Below, piece by piece: positions 1-7,700 of a stretch of 64,000 bases of DNA. Below the pieces are notes generated by a model that saw only the letters and a program-made list of their open reading frames with translations, was not told the DNA's origin and did not search any database. Position 1 is the first letter of the stretch, and every line of letters starts with the position of its first letter. Where the stretch lies: positions 66,523-130,522 of the forward strand of contig JAVEZP010000001.1 of assembly GCA_034002925.1 (NCBI GenBank), written 5' to 3'. The position numbers and the translations under genes were made by a program. The DNA comes from Patescibacteria group bacterium. Its GTDB lineage: Bacteria; Patescibacteriota; Patescibacteriia; Patescibacteriales; UBA12465.

Positions 1-203
1 AGCCAGTACGATGATGTTTGTTCGGCTGATCAATAGTGTTTTTAGTAAAATCTGTATTTGTATTATTATCTTTTTTTTCTTGACCATAGCTGGCCGCACT
101 AAAACTAGATAAAGGTGGCATATTTTTCACCACAAAATCTTTAGAAACTTTATCTTCTAAAGAATTATCTTTCTGTTCTTCCTTTTTCTGCTCACTATCT
201 TTC
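1..203 (-). CDS. Partial hypothetical protein; N-terminal 67 codons, hydrophilic low-complexity, gene continues past the left edge of the window
   Basis: Hand translation of the reverse complement from the ATG at 201-203 gives MKDSEQKKEEQKDNSLEDKVSK... with no stop to position 1. Not in the ORF track because no stop lies inside the window. No recognisable domain. Confidence 0.3.
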
Positions 204-404
204 ATATGATTAACCAAAGAAATAAAATAATACCACAATTGAAAAACCAATTAACACCACGGGCAAAATCCAATGCCAAGCCTTACCATGCAAAGGTTTA
301 TTTAACTGAGGCATCACATGCACCTTTAAATATAAACCCAAACCTTTCGCTTTTTTTTTCTGAGATTGTGAATACATGCGTTGTGCTGACATAAAAATTT
401 TTAA

Positions 405-1160
405 TTACTGCAACAAACCTTCTCCCAATGGATTATAACTATTAGCAACTTCTTCTCCATCGCTATAACCATCAGCATCTGAATCAGCTATTAAAGGGTC
501 AGTACCATAAATTCCTATTTCTTCATAATCAGTTAGGCCATCAGCGTCAGAATCTGGATTTAAAGGATTTGTATTATAAATCATTACTTCTTCTCGATCG
601 GTTAAACCATCACCATCAGAATCTGGCAATAATGGATTAGTACCCAAATTAGCCTCATTATCATCAGTTAAACCGTCTTCATCCGAATCAATTTCTTGTG
701 GAGTGCTAATAATTGGTTGGCCAGGCGCTGGAGTCACCTCCTCTGGTTCAGGGCTAATTATTACCTCTTCTTCATCTTCAATTTGCGGAGCAACAACATT
801 ATTATCTTCAATTTCAGCCGTATTTTGTGGCACAACCGCTTCATTATTATTTGCAGGCACCATATTAACACCTCCTAAATTATTATCCGCTGTCGGATTC
901 ATTAATTTAGAATACACCAAATAAACAGCTGCTCCCAGAATTATAACAGCTAAAGCTAAGATAAGAATCATTTTCATTTTATTTTTTTCTTCTTTAGGCT
1001 CGTCTTCTAAAACTGCATCCAATTCACCTGTCTGAGCTGCGAGACCAGCTGGATGAGCCTCAATATTACTAGCATCACGAGTGACTGTATCAGTTTCTTC
1101 AAAAATATCATCAACATTTTTTTCTTCTGAATTTTGATTGTGATTAAGATTGTTGAACAT
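405..1160 (-). CDS. Membrane-anchored protein with C-terminal thrombospondin-type-3-like Ca-binding repeats (DxDxDGxxDxxE)
   Basis: 251 aa. One hydrophobic helix (MKMILILALAVIILGAAVYLVY) follows an acidic N-terminus. The C-terminal half carries 5-6 repeats such as DSDGDGLTDREE, DSDADGLTDYEE, DSDADGYSDGEE, matching the TSP3/OmpA-associated Ca-binding repeat pattern. Confidence 0.7.
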   Translation of the reverse strand: MFNNLNHNQNSEEKNVDDIFEETDTVTRDASNIEAHPAGLAAQTGELDAVLEDEPKEEKNKMKMILILALAVIILGAAVYLVYSKLMNPTADNNLGGVNMVPANNNEAVVPQNTAEIEDNNVVAPQIEDEEEVIISPEPEEVTPAPGQPIISTPQEIDSDEDGLTDDNEANLGTNPLLPDSDGDGLTDREEVMIYNTNPLNPDSDADGLTDYEEIGIYGTDPLIADSDADGYSDGEEVANSYNPLGEGLLQ

Positions 1161-1259
1161 ACACTTAAAAAGTTATTTATTATTCAATATTTACACTATT
1201 ATAGTATAACTTATTTTCAAAAAAAATGCACAAAAAAATGCACCTTAGTATTAAATCTA

Positions 1260-1565
1260 TTATCTAATTTGTAATTCTTTTCTATTAGTAATTAAATCGA
1301 CTTCTGATTTAATAATCTTGAAGGTCATAATCTCACCATTTTCATCTCGACTTAAGACCTGAACTTGAGTCTCTGGCGACAGATTATAACTAATTTTTTC
1401 AGCCTCTGTCATAAATACTGGCACTATCACCTCATCACTAGCAATCTCTAAGAGTGAGTTATCTAAATCATTATTTATTACCCGATCTTTTCTAAACCAA
1501 AATAGCAAAAAAACTAAAATGACTACTAAAAAAATAACGGCCAAAATATAAAAACTTTTTTTCAT
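1260..1565 (-). CDS. Small membrane-anchored hypothetical protein
   Basis: 101 aa with an N-terminal TM helix (FYILAVIFLVVILVFLLFWF). Sits between two secreted/membrane-protein genes on the same strand. No recognisable domain. Confidence 0.45.
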   Translation of the reverse strand: MKKSFYILAVIFLVVILVFLLFWFRKDRVINNDLDNSLLEIASDEVIVPVFMTEAEKISYNLSPETQVQVLSRDENGEIMTFKIIKSEVDLITNRKELQIR

Positions 1566-1597
1566 ATTAATTAAATTTTATTTTTTTATTAAAAATA

Positions 1598-4500
1598 CTA
1601 ATCTTTAACACATCTAATTGAGAAAGCATCATAAGCAAAATTACTAAATCTAACAATATTTTTATCCCAATCACCAATGGCGCGAACAGTTGTAGTTAAA
1701 TAGAGGTTAGGGTAATTATTTATGATCGAAGGTGTCCAAAAATATCCAGCTTGATTTAATTTTAAGTGCTGGCTATTACCATTATTATTTTTTATAAAAC
1801 CAGATTCTAAAGCATTAAAACCAAACAAATCAGTACCGCCAAAATCAATTGCTCGTAAGCTTTCCCCAGCAGGCTGACAACGAGGAAGCAAACTTGTTTG
1901 ATTTAAAGAGCAGGCTAATCCAGAATAATCTTGAGTCGCATAATACTCTAATTCCCAAAATTCTTCATCTAAGGGAATGTGCCAACCATTAGGGCAAATA
2001 CCCTGGGAAGTCCATCTAGTAGCTGCATTAATTTGATAAAGACCACCATAAATATCACAATTAGACTCTAAATCATCATAACAATATTTTTGAATAACTC
2101 CTTGAGAGTTTTGATCAGCGTTACTATTAATTCTAGTGCCAACATTCAAATTTTCAGCCATCCAACACTGCTCACCAATCATGACAGTTTGATATGTCTG
2201 GCCTTCATATTCTATCACTCCACAATCACTACTACCATCTTCACCTGGAACATCTCCATCTTCATCGCCAGGACCATCGTTTCCTTTACCATCATCTGTG
2301 GGACCATCGTTTCCTTTACCATCATCTGTAGGACCATCATTGCCCTTACCACCATCTTCAGAGCAATCTTCTGGACAATTATTTTGATTCTCCCAAGAAG
2401 TTAAGGTTCCGTTTATCTTAATTTGGGCTTGACAAATGCCATCACCACAAAAACCTCCTCCATTTTCGTCATCAGCATCAGTAAAGGTGCAAAAATATTG
2501 ATAATTAGGAATGGGGTATGGAACTGTATCACCTGATTTAGTGGTGCAACCATATTGATAATTAGGATTACTATCTGGAATTTTACCAGCAGAGGTAACT
2601 ACACCTTGATTACCATCGCAGTCCTCAAAACCATCATTATAAAATCCACCTCGAGCTTCTGTGTTTGGTTTTTGTAAAAGACCATCACCACAATAAGTAT
2701 TAATATTTAAAACAAATTCTTTTTCTGAAACAGCTCCAAATTCATTTTCAGCCCTTACTTTAATTATATTATTAGTACTAGCTGTTATTGGTGTTCCCTG
2801 AATAACGTAAAAAGGAGAAACCATAGGAGCAGCCGTAGCGCGCAGTGATATTTTATGCCACATATTAGTAGCTAATTTTCTAATTTTTTGCCAAAAATCT
2901 AAAGTAGAAATATCATTTTCAATATCTGGTTCATATAAATTGCTCGCCTCAGTAATAGTTAAACCTGGTGGTAAAGAGCCAACAACAGAATAGGTAATAG
3001 TATGATCTCCTTGTTTTCCCCAACCCAAACCACAATAATATTGTGAGCCAACGCGAACATTTTCATTACAATTAAAATCAAGAGCTGGGGGGTCAGCTTT
3101 AACATTGATATTAATTTGTTTCTCAGAATTATTAGAATATTTATCTGTTGCGCCAATAGTATAAACAAAATTAGTATCAGTAGGAAAACTATTACTAGTC
3201 AATAAATTATATTTCAAAGTATAATGCACCGTATCCCCAACTCTATAATTAGAACTACCTAGAAACATCGCATGACTAGGTGCTAAAAGATCAAAAGGCC
3301 CAGAATTCCAAGTGGCGTGATTAAAAGTATAGCTAACCGGTTGATCATTATCAGTGACACTAAAATTAATAATTAAAGGCAAGACGACGCTCGGATAATA
3401 ATTAATATCATTAGCTTGAATAAGTGGCGGATTATTGCCGATTACAATCGGAGTGACAGTAGCTAAAGTACCACCATAGCCATCATTAACATTTAAAGAA
3501 ACATTATAAACTCCAGGAACCCCTGCCTTGGCAGCATACAATCTTTTTTGATTTGGATTAGCTGTGTCTTGTAAAATCGGAGCAGCACTCCAGCCAGACC
3601 AATTAGCTGTGTTGGTATTAATACTCCAATTTAAAGTATTATTCTCAGGATCAAGCACGCGAATAAAACCATTAAATACTTTATCCTGCTCACCTGCTAG
3701 ATTAGTACTAATTAATACAGGCGCTTCATTACTGCTAGAGCCAACATAAGCAGAACCACTGTCAACGCAACCAGACTCTGCTAATTGCCCTTCGGCTGTA
3801 TTATAACCTAAGCTTTTGGTTTCCATGCTAGCGCATAAATTATAATTAGAACCATTGGCATCACTAGTATAGACAAAAGCATGACTAGCTGATGGCAATT
3901 CAAACTCGGAATCTAAAGGATTAGGATCAGCAAATTTATTATTAGTTGCATCCCAACAAGTTATAGGATCATAACCTGGACAAGAGCCTAAAAAATTAAT
4001 TGGATCTAATGAGCTTTGTGTTGCTCCAATTTGTGGCAAAAAAGCACTCTGCCAACTCGGCCAGACTGAAGTAGTGGTCAAAGGAATATAGCTACCAGCA
4101 GCTAAAACTGGGTAACGGCCGTTAATCTGCTTAAAAGAAGATAGCGCCTCTCTTAAATCACCTAAAACTCCTAAACGACGCACATCACGATTCACTTTAG
4201 CTCTTAAGCTACTACAATATATCCCATCCGCACAGTCAGAATCAACATAACAAACTTGCTCTTCTGCGGGTAAACATCGTCCAGGTGCTTCACCGTTTAT
4301 CACACACGACTGCGACTCCGAACAGTCCGTGTCTTGTTCACATAATAAAGTAGAGATATTGCATTGACCTGGAGTATTTAAATTACTATTAAAACGCCAA
4401 TTTTTTATAATTTGCCCTAACACATCTACCGTATTATAATCAGGGCTTTGATTATAAGAAATTAAATAAATATTAGTATAAATAGTCTGACTAGCTAAAT

Positions 4501-4774
4501 CTACATTCGCCGCATTGACATAGACAGTTCTGCCGTCACGCACAGCATCATAGCCATCAACTAACAATGATTGTGGTGAACCTTGAAAATTTTGGCTCTG
4601 ATACCACCTGGCCGCGCTATAATGATTAGGATTGGGTAGAATTCTAATCGCAATTACATCGGCTTCATCCGAAATATTGTAATCCGTGTTAATAGGCGTC
4701 AAATTATCCGCTTTTGCCACAATAGGCATAAAACAGAAAACTATTAATAAGAACAAAGAAAATTTAATTTTCAT
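1598..4774 (-). CDS. Large secreted Cys-rich protein with a tandem DGGKGNDGPT repeat and a C-terminal FISUMP-like (Fibrobacter succinogenes major paralogous) domain
   Basis: 1058 aa with a clear signal peptide (MKIKFSLFLLIVFCFMPIVAKA). Many Cys clusters and an N/S/T-rich middle region. The C-terminal ~150 aa (CGVIEYEGQTYQTVMIGEQCWMAENLNVGTR...YGGLYQ...CPNGWHIPLDEEFWELEYY) matches the FISUMP/TIGR02145-type signature CWMAENLN...YG.LY.W...CP.GW.LP...EW..L. Only 9 nt separate it from the upstream giant gene. Confidence 0.75.
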   Translation of the reverse strand: MKIKFSLFLLIVFCFMPIVAKADNLTPINTDYNISDEADVIAIRILPNPNHYSAARWYQSQNFQGSPQSLLVDGYDAVRDGRTVYVNAANVDLASQTIYTNIYLISYNQSPDYNTVDVLGQIIKNWRFNSNLNTPGQCNISTLLCEQDTDCSESQSCVINGEAPGRCLPAEEQVCYVDSDCADGIYCSSLRAKVNRDVRRLGVLGDLREALSSFKQINGRYPVLAAGSYIPLTTTSVWPSWQSAFLPQIGATQSSLDPINFLGSCPGYDPITCWDATNNKFADPNPLDSEFELPSASHAFVYTSDANGSNYNLCASMETKSLGYNTAEGQLAESGCVDSGSAYVGSSSNEAPVLISTNLAGEQDKVFNGFIRVLDPENNTLNWSINTNTANWSGWSAAPILQDTANPNQKRLYAAKAGVPGVYNVSLNVNDGYGGTLATVTPIVIGNNPPLIQANDINYYPSVVLPLIINFSVTDNDQPVSYTFNHATWNSGPFDLLAPSHAMFLGSSNYRVGDTVHYTLKYNLLTSNSFPTDTNFVYTIGATDKYSNNSEKQININVKADPPALDFNCNENVRVGSQYYCGLGWGKQGDHTITYSVVGSLPPGLTITEASNLYEPDIENDISTLDFWQKIRKLATNMWHKISLRATAAPMVSPFYVIQGTPITASTNNIIKVRAENEFGAVSEKEFVLNINTYCGDGLLQKPNTEARGGFYNDGFEDCDGNQGVVTSAGKIPDSNPNYQYGCTTKSGDTVPYPIPNYQYFCTFTDADDENGGGFCGDGICQAQIKINGTLTSWENQNNCPEDCSEDGGKGNDGPTDDGKGNDGPTDDGKGNDGPGDEDGDVPGEDGSSDCGVIEYEGQTYQTVMIGEQCWMAENLNVGTRINSNADQNSQGVIQKYCYDDLESNCDIYGGLYQINAATRWTSQGICPNGWHIPLDEEFWELEYYATQDYSGLACSLNQTSLLPRCQPAGESLRAIDFGGTDLFGFNALESGFIKNNNGNSQHLKLNQAGYFWTPSIINNYPNLYLTTTVRAIGDWDKNIVRFSNFAYDAFSIRCVKD
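2271..2360 (-). repeat. Tandem 30-nt coding repeat, 3 copies, encoding (T)DDGKGNDGP(T) inside the 1058-aa gene
   Basis: ggaccatcgtttcctttaccatcatctgtg appears at 2271-2300 and 2301-2330, with a diverged third copy at 2331-2360. The protein shows GKGNDGPTDDGKGNDGPTDDGKGNDGPGDEDGD. Confidence 0.8.
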
Positions 4775-4783
4775 ATATAAAAA

Positions 4784-7700
4784 TTATTGAACATTTAGCA
4801 CAATGTAAGTTGGCACTGATTTAAAGCTTTCGTTGCCACTGGCATCTAAAGCCGTTAAAGCAAAATAGTTAGCACCAGCAGGAAATTGCCTTAAATCCAA
4901 TTCTAATGATGTAGCCTGATTGTCCGAATCAAAAGATTGTCCATATTGACCAGCATTAACGCCATGATACAAACGATAGAATAAAGTGTCATCATTGTTA
5001 GCCTGCCAAGTAAATCTCAGTCTCTGTCCATTTACAATTAAAGCGCTTAAATTTTGAGGAATAGTAGGAGCTTGACTATCGCTAATTATTACCGTTTTTT
5101 CGTTAGATAAAGCGCTTTCTACTTGATTAATAGAAATAGCTGAAACTTTTACTTTATAATTAGTATTATTATTTAAACCAGTAATAACTTTTTGACAAGA
5201 ATAGTTCTGTCCTGCGCTTGGACTTAATGGTGTGCAAGCTGGAGTGACGACATCATTATATTCAAAAGACGCAGTTGGTTTGACATCAATAAAATTCCAG
5301 GTACCACTATTTTCAGGTGCATAATATATACGATATTTACCCAATTGATTGGGATCAGCGTTATAAATCAAGCTCGCATCGCCATACCATTCAATTCTAG
5401 CACTATTACCATCAGCCAAATCAATAGCAGCTGTGATAGCACCGACACTTGGCGCCGCTTCTTTAAAGAAATAGGATTCTTTTAATACATTCCAAACACA
5501 GAAACCATCTCCTATACCATCACTATTACGATCAGGGCCACAACTAGCTCCTAAAGTAGAGCAAGTACTTTGCCCTTCACTACAAACCAGCGATTCATTT
5601 GCACCTAAAATTAAACCGGGATCAATCATGGCTGGTAAATCATCCGCTAAACCATCAACACCGGCATCACGACAATAATAGAACTTATAATTATAATTAG
5701 CACAATTACCAGTCGCTCCCTCGCAGGTATCATACCAAGGAGACCAATTTAAAGTACCAGAATTCACGGCTGGCCACGGATTTTGACAAATAAAGACAAA
5801 GAGAGGGACCTCTGTTTGCACGCCATCACCATCAGTATAAGCATTACAACAATTATTTAAACAATTTGGCTCAGCGCAGACACAAGTAGGACTACTATTA
5901 CAAGAATTACCACTAAAACGATCCATATTAATAGCTGTCGTCATCATCGTAGAATCATCTACTACGTTTTGGTTAGCCACTACAAAGGCTTGATGATCAG
6001 CTAAATTAGCAGGATCAGCTAAAAAGGCAACTCCATTATTCATTAAATCCCAATCCCAATCCCAATAATATCCGGAGGTGGGAGTTAATAATTGATTATC
6101 TGCACTATAAGCACGTGCATTAAATAATTTATCTTGATCGCTAACACTGTCAAAACTAGAATCATTAACATCATCATCATTTTCATTAATATCATCATTA
6201 GTGCTTTGGAAGAGATATGAATTTGGAGCAACACTAACATACTCTACACTACAAACACCACTATTTGTTCCTTGATCAGATAAAGTTGCAAAACTAGAAA
6301 TATAAGAATTATGAAAACTCAAATTATTGAAAGTAATATTTTCTCCTTCAACATATAAACCATTATTTAAATCTAAATAACCCTGGCCATTCATACCTAC
6401 CATCCATTGACTAAGAACGCCCACATCACTATTTAAAGTTTCATCACCCTTGACCACTAAATAATACTTAGTGCCTGCGCTTAACATTTTTTTAGGTTTA
6501 AACTCAGCAGTAGTGCCAACACCATCGTGCTGAATAGAAACAGACCCAGGAACGGCACAATAAAGTTTGGTATTAGAAGGCAGAGCATGAGCTAAAGCAG
6601 AGCTAGAAAAAGTATTCTTACGGAAAACTGAATTCACAACAGCTAACACTCTATTAATCGTGCGTTTGAACCAGTTATTAGCTTGAGAGCTATCTAAACT
6701 AGCAACAAATGTGCCGCTAGGACAAACTCCTGTGCCATAGTCTTTTTCTTCTAATAAAATAATATTGTTCATCAAACTAGCAACATCCATACGTTGATCA
6801 AAAGGAATAGATATAGCAGCGTTGCGACAAACATTATCTGCGCCATGGGCAGGCACTAAATTATCAGTCATGATATTAGGACGAGCACGACAACAAGTAC
6901 CAGAATCGCAACCCACATTAACCGCATCACCACAATCTAAATCTTCACTACAACCACAACATAAACCACGGTTTTCTCCAGAACAAGGAGTCTGATTAGG
7001 TTGACAAACTAAATCGCCGCTACCTAAACCAGCGCAAGATTCTGGATTACTGACTTGACAGCAACATGTACCACAATCTCCTGGTATGCCACCTGCTCCG
7101 GCTTCATTTAAACAAGCAAAAGGTGAAGAACAGAAAGAAGTATTACAAGTATCAATCGCTGTTAAATCACGACAATCTTGACCAGCTCCGCTAGGGCTAG
7201 AATTTGCACAAGCATAAACACAAGCTGAAATAGTATTATAATCACCCACCATAGAAGGGGTCTGATTACATTGAGTTTCATTTGGAGCCGCCTGACAATT
7301 ATAATAAGCGCAATAACCATCAATTGGACTAATGCTATCACCGCCGATACAAGTACCATCACTATAATTATAACAACAGTCGGCAGCCATAGAACAGGAA
7401 CTATAATCACCATCATGTTGACTACAAAAACTTACACCTGGATTAATTTCACAATTAGCATCACAAGTACTAATATCTTTAAATAATCCAATTTTTAAAG
7501 GATTGTCAGCCGCACATAAACTAGGATCACCATTTTCATCCTGACAATTATAATAAGCGCAATAACCAAAATCTGGACTTGAAGGGTCTGAACTAATATC
7601 TTCACCGCTACCACCTACACACACATCATCTGTAATCGTATCAGTGCCTTTTGAATCTAGACAACAAACTTGACTATGATCAAGACAAGACTCTCTAGAA

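Noticed and set aside
206-394. Small overlapping ORFs 206..394+ and 210..392-
   Set aside because: Mutually exclusive antisense pair in a 200-nt intergenic gap, with no RBS, promoter or domain. At most one could be real and neither is supportable.
2090-7486. Internal and antisense ORFs inside the giant genes (2090..2404+, 2959..3168-, 3564..3749+, 7162..7416-, 7271..7486+) and similar ones in gyrA, topA, der, trpB, M16, LCP, O-antigen ligase-like and other genes (31386..31583+, 49569..49751-, 50397..50684-, 46465..46713-, 43459..43665+, 23596..23838+, 45023..45238-, 25670..25879-, 28758..29144-, 33566..33814+, 34482..34670+, 34645..34860+, 36405..36605+, 11489..11671-, 12258..12479+, 14734..14949-, 696..878+, 703..924+)
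   Set aside because: All are nested within or antisense to long conserved or clearly coding genes, with low-complexity translations.
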